From a virus (lineage: Duplodnaviria; Caudoviricetes): DNA of 64,000 nucleotides. Shown one piece after another: positions 49,649-60,136 of this stretch. Below the pieces are notes generated by a model that was not told the origin of the DNA, ran no database searches, and saw nothing but the letters and a program-made list of their open reading frames with translations. The stretch is taken from positions 1-64,000 of IMG/VR virus record IMGVR_UViG_2593339199_000002; one strand, written 5' to 3'. The position numbers were made by a program, and so were the translations under genes. Within the stretch, counting starts at the first letter, position 1, and the number at the start of each line of letters is the position of its first letter.

Positions 49649-50725
49649 ATGTTAAATCAAGTCAAATCGCTCGTAGCAGGCAATGTCAAGGTTGAGATCC
49701 GTGACCGCAATCAGTACAACCAGTATCCGGTTATCGTGACGGACATGGCGCAAGATTCGATCACGTTCGGATGGGCGCTGACGTACTATGCGCGTCACAT
49801 GACCAAGGGCAATGAGCGCATGTACGACGGCAAAGAAGCATTCACCACGTTAACGATCACGAACTTTCAACGTCTCTATGATCGGCTCATGTCGGTGGAT
49901 GCTCGCTTTGCAGCCGGCGACGGTGTGACGGTCGGCAACAACAATGCTCGTACCGCGGTCTACGAAATGAGCGAGAAGGCTCGCTTCCATGTGCGTCAAT
50001 TCAATGACAGCATCACGATCAGCCTGTCGATTACGGATCCGGCATCGCCGTTCTATCTGCTGGCGATCAATTTCCGCGTGGTCAATAGCAAGAAAGAGCA
50101 GGGCAAGCGCCACCTGATCGGCTCCGAATCCCAATGGGATCTGAATACGGACACGTTCACGGAGAACAACGCCGTCATGTCGCCGAAGAAGAAGAAATAC
50201 CTGCAGGTGTTCCAGGAAGATCAGAACACGATTCCGTATGTAAAGGCGCCGAGCCGTCCAGGCATGAATAACACCACGCAAGTGGATCCGAATAACAGCG
50301 AGTTCCTGTACATCATGGACATCGATAACGAGTTTCGTGCACTGGCATTCATCTATGAGCGTGCGATTCTCGAGCATGCGATGACCGCAGCCCTGCCGCT
50401 GGTTCAAGCGAAGCAGCAGCCTACGCAAAATGCATTCGGCGCGAGTGCCCCGGGCAGCTTCAGCGATTACAGCGGATTCGGACAGCCGCAGCAAGGCTTC
50501 GGTGCGCCAGCTCAACAACAAGCACCATTCAACGTGCCGGCACAGCAGCAAACTCTATTCGGAAGCGCGCCTGCGCAACAAGGATTTGGAGCAGCGTCAC
50601 AACAGAGCTTCGGCTCGCAGCCAGCCGATCAAGCACCATTCAGCCAGGGGCAACCTGCAGGTGCTGGACTCGGCAATGCATTTATGCAGAAACCGAATTG
50701 GAGCGAAAACGACCGGGCATTCTAA
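49649..50725 (+). CDS. Protein with FG/Q-rich disordered tail, possible ssDNA-binding protein
   Basis: Strong RBS; beta-rich N-domain; QQGFG repeats; ends NDRAF. Confidence 0.6.
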   Translation: MLNQVKSLVAGNVKVEIRDRNQYNQYPVIVTDMAQDSITFGWALTYYARHMTKGNERMYDGKEAFTTLTITNFQRLYDRLMSVDARFAAGDGVTVGNNNARTAVYEMSEKARFHVRQFNDSITISLSITDPASPFYLLAINFRVVNSKKEQGKRHLIGSESQWDLNTDTFTENNAVMSPKKKKYLQVFQEDQNTIPYVKAPSRPGMNNTTQVDPNNSEFLYIMDIDNEFRALAFIYERAILEHAMTAALPLVQAKQQPTQNAFGASAPGSFSDYSGFGQPQQGFGAPAQQQAPFNVPAQQQTLFGSAPAQQGFGAASQQSFGSQPADQAPFSQGQPAGAGLGNAFMQKPNWSENDRAF

Positions 50726-50918
50726 TGCTTGGTTGATCCTCCTATAAGAGAAGAGGGAGTGCTTTTACAGGCTCCCTTGGATCTTTAAAAAATCCGGTTC
50801 CCCCGGGGCCAGGGAGTCCCCTCAAATGCGGCGATTACCTGCGATAAGCTTTTATGAGCTGGTTTTATTAACGAAGCGAAAATGGTATACTATTATGAAG
50901 TGGAAAGGAGGGAATCGG

Positions 50919-52814
50919 ATGATACAGGTACGTATGCAGTACAACAATGTTTACTTGAAGATACTTGATGGACCGGAGACATTTGACCATACGCTTGAAA
51001 AAGTGCGTTACATCCGGAACCGTGGGTTTAACATGGAAACAGGTGAATGGATGTTTGATCGTGAATATATCGGGGATTTACTTGCTTTATTCGATAATCA
51101 AATTACCTGGATGACACCGCTTCATGAAATTGTCGCAGGCGTCAATTTGAATCATGAGATCGTCAACCAACACATTCAATGGGAATCCGAAGGCGAGTTC
51201 AAGAACTTCTTGTTGCCGCTGTATGCGTATCAAAAAGTCGGGGCCAATTTCCTCATTGACCGTGGATGTGCAGCTGTGTTCGATGGCTGCGGGTTGGGCA
51301 AAACTCCTCAGCTGATTGGAGCATGTGAAAAGCTTCATGAGCAGGGAAGGGCCCAAAAGATGCTTATTGTCACACTCAGTTCCCTCAAACGACAGTGGGC
51401 AAAGGAAATCGAGAAATTCTCCGGGAAGACGGCGATCGCCGTTTCAGGTACGCCGGCTAAGCGCGCATCTCTTATCAAAGGATTCGCTCAGCGCAAGGAC
51501 ATTCAATACATGGTGATCAATTATGAGATCCTTCGGAATGATACCCTCCGAGAATTGATTAAGAATATACCGTTCGATGTGGTAGCGCTCGATGAAGCAC
51601 AGAAGATAAAGAATGGCGTGCGCGACACCTCTTTGAATATGGAGCCGAGCCAGATTGCTGCGGCGGCCTATGAGCTTAAACACATCAAATATCGTTTTGT
51701 CGCGACGGCGACCCCGCTTCAAGGCAAGGCTGAAGAGATCTTTAGCATCTTTTACTTTCTGAATGAAGAAATTCTTGGGCCATGGAATTATTTCCGTGAG
51801 CGCTACTGTAAATACAGCACGCGATATGGCATCACGGGGTACATTAATTTGGGCGAGCTGTATTACCGAATCGCACCATTCTTCATCAGGCGGACAAAGG
51901 ATATGCCAGAGATTCAACAGCAGCTTCCGCAAGTCCAGCATTCCCATGTCTTCCTTGAAATGACGGATGCACAAGAAAAGCTGCATGATTATCTGATCGA
52001 AAAGCTTACGGACATTAAAGAGCAGGCCAGGAGTATCACGGATTACAAGTTCATCAATGGGCAATCCATGTCCCCTCAAGAGGCAAAGGAATACTACGAT
52101 GCCTTGGCGCAAGGCTATCAGAGCTTTCTACTCAGCACCTGCGACAGTCCGGAGCTGCTGCTGATGTCCAAGACCCCGATGGCCGAGAAGATACTGAAAG
52201 AAGTCCAGCTCAGCGAGAAGGATCTGAAATCACCGAAGATCGATCAGTTCAAGGAGTTCTTCAGCAGCATGCTATATGATGAGCCAAACTCCAAGGTCGT
52301 TATCTTTTCCCGCTTCGAACGGATGGTGGAGCTGTTGTACCGTGAGCTCAACAAGGATTCCCGCGGCCGACCACTCGATAATCCGATCGCAGTCGCTTAT
52401 CATGGACAATTGACCGAAGGCGCCAAGGAATACGCTAAGGAACAATTCCTTCACAATCCAAATATTAAGGCCATTATCTGTACCGATGCAGGATCAACGG
52501 GACTAAACCTTCAGGTGGCGAACTACATGGTCCACATCGATCTGCCTTGGGATCCGACACTGTTGGAACAGCGCAATGGCCGCATTGACCGGACAGGTAA
52601 CGCCTTCGCCAATGTGACCATCTACTATTACGCCATGGAGAACAGCTTCGACGAGCATCTGCTGGAGATTCTGGACCGCAAGTCCGATCTCGCGAACCAG
52701 GTTCTCACCGGTGGTGCTGACAACCGCAGCCGTGAGAGGGATGTCAACAAGCTGGCGATGGATCGCCTCCTTCGGAAACGAAACAAGCAAACGAATAATG
52801 AGAATGTGGGGTAG
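50919..52814 (+). CDS. SNF2-family helicase/translocase
   Basis: GLGKT, DEAQ, TATP, GLNLQ and QRNGRIDR. Confidence 0.92.
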   Translation: MIQVRMQYNNVYLKILDGPETFDHTLEKVRYIRNRGFNMETGEWMFDREYIGDLLALFDNQITWMTPLHEIVAGVNLNHEIVNQHIQWESEGEFKNFLLPLYAYQKVGANFLIDRGCAAVFDGCGLGKTPQLIGACEKLHEQGRAQKMLIVTLSSLKRQWAKEIEKFSGKTAIAVSGTPAKRASLIKGFAQRKDIQYMVINYEILRNDTLRELIKNIPFDVVALDEAQKIKNGVRDTSLNMEPSQIAAAAYELKHIKYRFVATATPLQGKAEEIFSIFYFLNEEILGPWNYFRERYCKYSTRYGITGYINLGELYYRIAPFFIRRTKDMPEIQQQLPQVQHSHVFLEMTDAQEKLHDYLIEKLTDIKEQARSITDYKFINGQSMSPQEAKEYYDALAQGYQSFLLSTCDSPELLLMSKTPMAEKILKEVQLSEKDLKSPKIDQFKEFFSSMLYDEPNSKVVIFSRFERMVELLYRELNKDSRGRPLDNPIAVAYHGQLTEGAKEYAKEQFLHNPNIKAIICTDAGSTGLNLQVANYMVHIDLPWDPTLLEQRNGRIDRTGNAFANVTIYYYAMENSFDEHLLEILDRKSDLANQVLTGGADNRSRERDVNKLAMDRLLRKRNKQTNNENVG

Positions 52815-52860
52815 GCCTGACGGCCTGCCTCTTTTTACTTTATGGGAAAGGGCGGGAGAA

Positions 52861-53223
52861 ATGAGCGAAGAAACGGTTATTAAGGAGCTTAACTTTGATC
52901 TAATCGCTGCCGGCATCCGAAACATGAGCGTTATCCCTGATTCGGAGTATGAGCATATGCATAAGGCAATGCCGGTCTTCAATGTCCTCTTGAATGAAAC
53001 TGAAACTGATGTTGAGTTTTTGAAAGGCACTACAATTGAGCAGTTTGAAATCACGTTCGATTACATAAATAATGCCATTACCTATGAGGATGGATTGGAA
53101 GAACACGAGCTGCAGTTCGCACAAGAGATGCGAAATGCGCTGTTCCAATACTGCGCCGTGCGCGATTGGATTCGAGATGCATCTGCGCTGCAGACATTTC
53201 CCCGTAAGGTTACATTCATTTAG
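52861..53223 (+). CDS. Hypothetical protein
   Basis: ORF with RBS, downstream of a hairpin motif. Confidence 0.55.
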   Translation: MSEETVIKELNFDLIAAGIRNMSVIPDSEYEHMHKAMPVFNVLLNETETDVEFLKGTTIEQFEITFDYINNAITYEDGLEEHELQFAQEMRNALFQYCAVRDWIRDASALQTFPRKVTFI

Positions 53224-53238
53224 CGAGGTGAATCATTC

Positions 53239-53937
53239 ATGGTTGAGCCGTTGTACGGCTATTACGAGAAGGAATACTGGCTGGCGCAGCTGGACCGCTT
53301 GGTTACATTTAAGATCATGGTGGACCGCGGCCACGAGCCGGAGGATCTGGAGTTCTTCAAGGGGCATGAAGCGTTTGCCTACAATGCTCCCGAGTTTTTC
53401 ATGCAGACGTTTAAGCTGCTGACCAGCGATTTGCTGATCGATTATCCTGAAATCACGGAGGAGGATCAGAAGATAGGCATCGGCTATCGGATTAAGTTTC
53501 ACTTCCGGCCAGACCTGACGCCAGAGGAACTGGAGCGAAAGGGGGCGCTGAAAAAGCACCTGCATGTCGCCTTTGATCATGTCGATGTCGAAGGCGTCAA
53601 TACAAAGTGGGACCTGGATAAAGATGAAGACGAGCTAACGATCGAGGTGCAGCTCTGGACCGGTTTTGGATTTATTTTGCATCACGTCATGCGGGCCATG
53701 GATAACATGAAACCATTCTTGATAATGAAGGAGGTTCTGATCGATGTCGGACAAAGTAGTAATCACGCTGGAGAGGAACAAGATGCCGCATGTGGCATTC
53801 GAGCAAAAGGGTGGGGCGAAGACCGGGGGCCATTGCTACCACGATCAAGTGATCAGCTTGATCATGTCTGCGCAGAACGAGCAGCTTGTAGTGGAACAGA
53901 AAGAGACGGTGCTCAGCTCGCCGGCGCTGCCGAGTAA
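53239..53937 (+). CDS. Hypothetical protein
   Basis: GAGGTG RBS; 3' end overlaps the next gene. Confidence 0.5.
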   Translation: MVEPLYGYYEKEYWLAQLDRLVTFKIMVDRGHEPEDLEFFKGHEAFAYNAPEFFMQTFKLLTSDLLIDYPEITEEDQKIGIGYRIKFHFRPDLTPEELERKGALKKHLHVAFDHVDVEGVNTKWDLDKDEDELTIEVQLWTGFGFILHHVMRAMDNMKPFLIMKEVLIDVGQSSNHAGEEQDAACGIRAKGWGEDRGPLLPRSSDQLDHVCAERAACSGTERDGAQLAGAAE

Positions 53938-54418
53938 TACGGTTAAATACGCCCAGCATTCAGATGGCACACATGTGCTGTTTGTGCTGGAAGATGAGGC
54001 GTATTCGGACATTTCCTATTACACGTCCACGTTTCAAAATGTGGCCTTCCCAAAGATGGTATTCGGTTATATCGTGAAAGGCACATCGTTGGCCAAAGCC
54101 TACGTGGCCTGTTACAAGGACAAATATTTGCGGGACACGACGCCATTATTCAAGTTCCCGTACTCCAACGTGCATGCGAACGGCGCGCTTTGTTATTTCT
54201 CCACGGAGGTCATCAAAGACCTCGTGCAGTTGCAGACGTTTGCTTATCGTTGGCGCCAGGTGCCGAACAACGATCACCTAACGGGCCAGCGGACGGAGCT
54301 CGATGCGTCGCTGCGCGAGTTGTTCGAAATGCACCAAGACGCGGATTTCAATTACGACATTTTGGCACCGATGAACACGACGTTCGGCGAGTGGGGCCAA
54401 ACAATCACCAGGCCATAG
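53744..54418 (+). CDS. Prokaryotic E2 family D-like protein
   Basis: FP.MVF...T.LFKFPYSNV...G.LC and NNDH motifs; adjacent to ThiF. Confidence 0.7.
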   Translation: MSDKVVITLERNKMPHVAFEQKGGAKTGGHCYHDQVISLIMSAQNEQLVVEQKETVLSSPALPSNTVKYAQHSDGTHVLFVLEDEAYSDISYYTSTFQNVAFPKMVFGYIVKGTSLAKAYVACYKDKYLRDTTPLFKFPYSNVHANGALCYFSTEVIKDLVQLQTFAYRWRQVPNNDHLTGQRTELDASLRELFEMHQDADFNYDILAPMNTTFGEWGQTITRP

Positions 54419-54427
54419 GAGGGCTGC

Positions 54428-54913
54428 TTGATGTCCATGCAATTTGAAAGTGAACAAGATCTGATGCAAGAGCAGGGGCAGGTCGTACATAAAATCGTTA
54501 TTCCCGCTCCGGCCGATGACAATAAGGAAGACGCCGATCTCGAAAGGGAGGTATGGCAGGCTGAAGCGCAGGAGTCTGCCACTGAAGAGGAGGATCTCAC
54601 GGCCGAGAACTTCTTCGATTTCAGCGGCGGCACTTCCCGGGCACCGAAGAACAAAACAAAGCCAGCAGTAAAGGCAAACACGAGTAAGGCGGTCAAGCCA
54701 AAAGATCCGGAGAAGAAATACGGATCGGATTTCGTGATCTGCTATGCCCGTGAGCGCATCGAGATGCCGGCCGGCGAAGATCTAACGCTCGAGCAAGTTC
54801 GGCAATGGTTGGAGACGGATTTCCCCGAGTTCGGCAAGGAACGAACAGAGATGCTCGTGGATGAGGATCAAAAGTTCATCGTGCCGATCCTCAAGTCGCC
54901 GAAGAAAGGATGA
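54428..54913 (+). CDS. Ubiquitin-like (Prok_Ub) domain protein with acidic N-extension
   Basis: LTLEQVR..L...FPE; C-terminal KKG. Confidence 0.6.
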   Translation: MMSMQFESEQDLMQEQGQVVHKIVIPAPADDNKEDADLEREVWQAEAQESATEEEDLTAENFFDFSGGTSRAPKNKTKPAVKANTSKAVKPKDPEKKYGSDFVICYARERIEMPAGEDLTLEQVRQWLETDFPEFGKERTEMLVDEDQKFIVPILKSPKKG

Positions 54914-54917
54914 TCTC

Positions 54918-55706
54918 ATGAACGTACCAACGCTCAACCTGCCCTCCAACTTCTTTACGATCGTGCAGATCGGCGTCGGCGGCAACGGCGGCTATTTGAC
55001 ACAGCGGCTAACCAAAATGATGTATGCCTTCGGCCGGACGACCGAGCAAGCATTCAGCTACTGCTTAGTAGATGGCGACCGCTTCGAAGCCAAGAATCTG
55101 CTGCGGCAGCCATGTATCGCCGAGGATCTCTTGGAACTCAAATCCAAGGTGCTCGCCGAGCGATATGGCACCGTCTATGACCTGAAGATCAGCTATCGGG
55201 ACCGTTATGTGGAATCCGTACAGGATCTGCATGACCTCATGATCGGCGTCGAAGCCCGGGGGACCGTAATCCTGCTTGGCTGCGTAGATAACCATGCAAC
55301 GCGCAAACTCATGCATCGGTTTTTCCATGAAACAAAGCACGACATCATCTATCTCGATAGCGGGATCGAAGCTGTGCTGCCCGACGAGCCAAACAGCGGC
55401 TATGCTGGCCACGTCGTCTGCGGCGTAAAGCTGCAGGGGAAGGTCCTGCTGGAGCCTGTCGGCGATCTTTACCCGGATATCCTAGAGGATGATGAATCCA
55501 AGCTGCCTACGGAATCCTGCGGCGACACGATCGTCAATCATCCCCAGCGCATGATGACCAATGAAATGGCCGCACTCGTTATGGCTGGCTATTTGAATAC
55601 AATCCTTGGCGAGGAACAAATTGTTGCGCATTACACAAACTTTAATGCAAAAACCATGCTTTCTAAGCCCGCCTATATTCACAAAGAGGCGCTTCAGGGT
55701 GTATAA
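54918..55706 (+). CDS. ThiF/E1-family adenylyltransferase
   Basis: IGVGGNGG, DGDRFE.KNL.RQ, GCVDN..TR, DSG and SC motifs. Confidence 0.88.
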   Translation: MNVPTLNLPSNFFTIVQIGVGGNGGYLTQRLTKMMYAFGRTTEQAFSYCLVDGDRFEAKNLLRQPCIAEDLLELKSKVLAERYGTVYDLKISYRDRYVESVQDLHDLMIGVEARGTVILLGCVDNHATRKLMHRFFHETKHDIIYLDSGIEAVLPDEPNSGYAGHVVCGVKLQGKVLLEPVGDLYPDILEDDESKLPTESCGDTIVNHPQRMMTNEMAALVMAGYLNTILGEEQIVAHYTNFNAKTMLSKPAYIHKEALQGV

Positions 55707-55741
55707 TCCCCTGGAGCGCTATTTTCCAGGGAGATGATGCA

Positions 55742-58348
55742 ATGGGCGCGAAAAAGCTCAAAGAATATCCATCTATTACGAAAAAATGCTCGTGGGAAAG
55801 GAAGGACGTTACATACGAGCAGCATGAACTAGTTCATCTTGAAGCCACCGGCGGTTCTCCTTATCCGGACGGGGAATGGGAGTGGAGTGGCAGCTACAAT
55901 ATCCGCGTCAATGTAGGTGATATCGGCAACTGCTACCCCTATGAAGGCGGGCTTTCAGGCAGTCCGAAGTATTACTTCGATAAACGCAAAGGACGCCGTG
56001 TAAAGCGTTACAAATTCGATCTTTGCTTGAAAGTCGTAGGGGGCGATCGGCTCTCGCTGGACGTTGGACGTGCCAAGAATCTGAGCAAGCTGGACTGTAA
56101 GCGGCTCATCGTACACATGATCCATGAGTTCGAGAAGACGGACCGCTACAAGGAAGAATTGTGGCCAAAGATCCTAGATCCCGACAATCGGGAACCGATC
56201 ATCAAAGATATCGACGGGAAGCTCGTTTGGATTGCAACGACGTGGAAAGGCCTCTGGTCTGCAGTACAGCAGAAGCATGCATATAAGAGTACCGGCTTGG
56301 GAAGATCCTATGTCCTGCCATCGGGCCAGTATTTCACACGGCAGGTCAATGTCAAAATGGAGTATCCGCATAAGAAGGAAGATGGCTCGACCGATTATTA
56401 CCGCGGCGTGAAAATCTACAAGGATCCGTGGTACAAGCAGGTTGATCATAGCTGCGGCACCAGCAGCGGTGGCGGCCTCGACATGAATAAGCGGGGGACA
56501 TATGAGGCATTGATCGATGCAGCCATTTGGAATACCGACGATACGCTGCTCGAATACATCATGCAAGATGAATACCGTAATTTGTCCGGGTGGTGAAAAT
56601 GTGTTTGAAGTAACGAAACCCTGCAAGGATTGTCCATTCCTCAAGGAATCCACGATGCGGCATTCGCTTAACCCGAGCCGGCTGCCCGGCATTGTAGAGA
56701 CATTGATGGATGATCATAATCATTTCACCTGCCACAAAACGATCGATTATTCGAAGGATACGAATGACGACGGCACAAGGCCTTTCCAAGAAGGCAATCA
56801 GATGTGTTTCGGTGCCATGACTTACCTGGACAAGGTGGGGCGGCCGAACATTGCGATGCGCCTTGGCATGCTTACTGGCAAGCTCAGTAGAGAGCAACTT
56901 GAGCGTTGCCATAGCATCATCGTCAATCCGGACGAAATAGGTGAGGATCATTGAATTAATCGATGCTTACAATTACCGGCACCCGGGCGAGTTCCAAGCC
57001 GCAATCAACCGGCAGGAGGCCATGCGAGGCGCGCTGCAGACATGGTGGGTGACCAAAGAAGGCGTGAAGCTCAAGCCGTTTCAGATGACTGATCGCCATC
57101 TCCTGTCGATTATCAAGATGATGGAGGATCAAGCAGAGAAACGAGCCGTCCTCCATTCAGCCAAGCGAATATTGAAAAGCCATGCGACCTACAAGGCTGC
57201 TAAACGTGAAGCAATCAAAAGGGGGCTTATACAGGAATGAGCGATACGTGGCGGTTGTATGATCGTGATCATCGCGATTTTATGTACGAATTGATGGATA
57301 CCAAGGTGGAGTCAATCCCCTTGCCTTTGCTCGGTGAAATCCAGCTGCGGCCAGACATTCATGATCATATCAAAATCAACGGAGAAATCTATTCGGTATG
57401 CATTTTGAATTTAGCTAACAATGCTGCCTTTGTTCGCCGGCTCGATTTGAGCGGTAATCATGATACTGAATACAAGCCCAATGCGAGATGTCCGCACTGC
57501 GGATATGAGGACATTGATTGCTTCGAGTGGAGTGGCGATGAGGGCGACAGGGAGTGCGGGCACTGTAGCTTGCCATTCAGCTATACGCGAGAGATCATCA
57601 TCGAGTATTCAACAGAGAAGAAAGGGCCGAGCAATAAGCCGGTGCGGGTGGAGCTATGACCGACGAAAAAGATGAAATCAAATATTCGAGCCACAAGGAA
57701 GTTTCCGAAACCTATCACATCTCCTTGGATAGCCACCGGTGCCAATGGGCTCGGATTACGATCAATGAAACCGGCGATTTTAACGCGATCACTGATTGCG
57801 GCAATTTCAATTATGCATGGCATGGCTATGGCGGCGGTTCATTTAAGGAGTTCTTGGTCAAGATCTTCAGCAGAAACGCAAGTGGCAAAGGCAGTTACGT
57901 GTACGATAAGATCTCCGACGACAGCCGAAGCCGCGTGAACTGCAAGGAAACCATTGCTCCGATGTGGAAGGATTTCATTGAAAAGTACCGGGAGCTTTAC
58001 AAGGATAAGCGATCCGACGCAAGGATTGCCGAACGCTTGAAATATTCCAATGCCTATAAGGCAAAGTGGGCGTTCGATGAATTAAGAGAGAAGGCGAGAT
58101 CAACCAGGGATGTGCTGAAGTCTATCGAAGAGGAAGGCGAGCTCAGCTCGGATCGCTTCTACTCCTTGATGTGGGACAATGCTCAAATATCGGACTTATT
58201 CTTCGATGGTGACTATATTGCCCACTGCCTTGATGTGGAGATGACCGGCGACCGACATGCCATTGCTTTTTGTGAAGTGGTAGCACCTGTCTTTGCTGAA
58301 ATTCTGCGTCAAGAACTGAAAGAAGAACCTGTCACAGCCGCCTCTTGA
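55742..58348 (+). other. Five hypothetical CDSs (55742-56596, 56601-56954, 56941-57240, 57237-57659, 57656-58348)
   Basis: Coupled ORFs, two Cys-rich; terminator at 58337-58363. Confidence 0.6.
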
Positions 58349-58592
58349 GCGGCTTTTTTCTTTATCCAAAATGTCGAGCATTACATACGCCTGACGGCGT
58401 GTTTCTTGTAGATTCACTCATAAAATTGAGGTGATGCCAGTTAATACGAGCATTTAACCACAAGATATTGGGGTTAGTATCGGATATGACACTAGATCAT
58501 TCTAGTCTGTCTTATTCGTATTGTAATGCCTTGCAAAACGTGGGGTGAGTGTGTTAGTATAGGCCTACGACGACAACCGAATATAAAGCGGG

Positions 58593-59270
58593 GTGAATGC
58601 CATGAACATGCGCAGGAGGATAGCGTCATGCTTCGGAATTTCACTACTTGCTGCCGTACTTGTCATTGAGGCCAAGGGCAACTATGACTTGAGTAAGGAA
58701 CGAAACGCGGTACATGACGCCAATCTGACGCTCAAACAGCAAATTGAGCAGCATCTGACTGATCTGGAGCAGAGTCAATCTGATCTGGGCGAAGTGCAAA
58801 AGCAGAAAGACGATCTGCAAAACGAGAATCGTTCGCTTCTTCAAGAAGTGGATAAGCTGCAAGACCAATTGAAACAAGCAAGGACCGCGCCGCCGGCACC
58901 GACGCACCTGTTATATTCAGGCGACTCGATGCAGGAATCGCAAACAAAATGGTTGTCGTTCAAAGCAACGTATTACGATTTAGGCTATGCATCTTGTGGT
59001 AAATGGCCTGGCGACCCAGGCTACGGCATCACTGCATCTGGCCGGCACGTTAAGACGGGCCTGACGATTGCAGTCGATCCGGATGTGATCCCGCTCGGAT
59101 CAATGGTCGAAGTCATGTATCCTGACGGCAGGGTAGAGAAACGGCGTGCCGATGACACTGGTGGAGCCATCAATGGCCGGCACATCGATATCTACGTACC
59201 CAAAGTGACGTCAACTCTGGGTGTAGATAAAGTTAAAGTGCGGATCATCTCGTCGCCAAGCGAGTTGTAA
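58593..59270 (+). CDS. 3D-domain cell-wall lytic protein with signal/TM and coiled coil
   Basis: ITASG, IAVDPDVIPLGS and ADDTGGAI.G.HIDIY. Confidence 0.88.
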   Translation: MNAMNMRRRIASCFGISLLAAVLVIEAKGNYDLSKERNAVHDANLTLKQQIEQHLTDLEQSQSDLGEVQKQKDDLQNENRSLLQEVDKLQDQLKQARTAPPAPTHLLYSGDSMQESQTKWLSFKATYYDLGYASCGKWPGDPGYGITASGRHVKTGLTIAVDPDVIPLGSMVEVMYPDGRVEKRRADDTGGAINGRHIDIYVPKVTSTLGVDKVKVRIISSPSEL

Positions 59271-59313
59271 TCCGCACGAGGAGAGGCACATGAAATAGTC
59301 GGGAGGAAGCAGC

Positions 59314-59538
59314 ATGTCTAAAGAGCAACCTGGACAAGGTGATTTATTCGATGAATTGATTCCCAAACGCAACGAGCAGAAAGGCCTGACCATGGAAGAT
59401 GAATTGCGTACTTCGTATCTGTTGGTCAATGTCCTGCTGGGGCTGTTGGTTCAAAAAGGCGTCATTACGCAGGCAGAGGTTGATACGCTACTCGCGGAGC
59501 TGTATGCCGAATATAAAGCAAGACGGAAGGTGGGTTAA
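59314..59538 (+). CDS. Hypothetical protein
   Basis: ORF with RBS. Confidence 0.55.
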   Translation: MSKEQPGQGDLFDELIPKRNEQKGLTMEDELRTSYLLVNVLLGLLVQKGVITQAEVDTLLAELYAEYKARRKVG

Positions 59539-59543
59539 TCGCC

Positions 59544-59879
59544 ATGCCTACCGTCACCCAGCTGCGTCCGCATGTGACGCATTTCTCTGAAGAAATCAAG
59601 CTGAAGGCACAGGTGAGTCAAGAGGTCACCGTTGCCGGACGAATTGATAGTGTCAGCCAAATCGACGACAGTACGATCGTCATCATGTTGGACGATTACA
59701 TCGGACAGCTGCGCGTTGTCATGTCCAGCATTATGTACAGCCATTTCAAGTCGATCATCGACGTAGGAAACTTCGTTTCCGTTGTTGGATACGTGAACGT
59801 GGTGTCCCATAAAGTCGCTGGCGAATTGAAAAGCGAGTATTCGATCATCGGCTTTGACATGAATATTTTATCCTTTTAG
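59544..59879 (+). CDS. OB-fold nucleic-acid-binding protein
   Basis: VTVAGRI..V...LDD..G.L.V...G..V.V.G.V. Confidence 0.7.
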   Translation: MPTVTQLRPHVTHFSEEIKLKAQVSQEVTVAGRIDSVSQIDDSTIVIMLDDYIGQLRVVMSSIMYSHFKSIIDVGNFVSVVGYVNVVSHKVAGELKSEYSIIGFDMNILSF

Positions 59880-60136
59880 GGGGTGGTGAGCATTCGTAAC
59901 GTGCTTGTTTTCCCAAGCGGTGAGGAGCAGGACTTCATGTACCCGACCGACCGCGAGATTGTCGATGGAACAGAGCTCGAGTTGGTAATGATGGATGAGT
60001 CCATACATAGGCTCAATGTTACGTCCGTCGTGCGTGAAGAAAAGCGCATCTTGTACCATCTGTCGTACTAACCAGTCGCTGACGCTCCTATTCATTTTAC
60101 ATGATTCAAAACCCAAAACCAGAAAGGTGATGCACA

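Larger units (their letters stand above)
36468..60095 (+). repeat. Dispersed hairpin motif stem-CTGACG-N6-TTCAT (14 copies), candidate phage-RNAP promoters
   Basis: CTGACG at 36472, 36549, 37082, 37462, 37727, 42036, 42516, 43784, 48155, 49151, 49594, 52817, 58391 and 60079; all intergenic or on gene ends, all on +. Confidence 0.85.

Noticed and set aside
33946-59135. CCTGACGGC matches inside coding regions (about 33946, 34960, 59122)
   Set aside because: No TTCAT at the fixed spacing and explained by codons; not counted as motif copies
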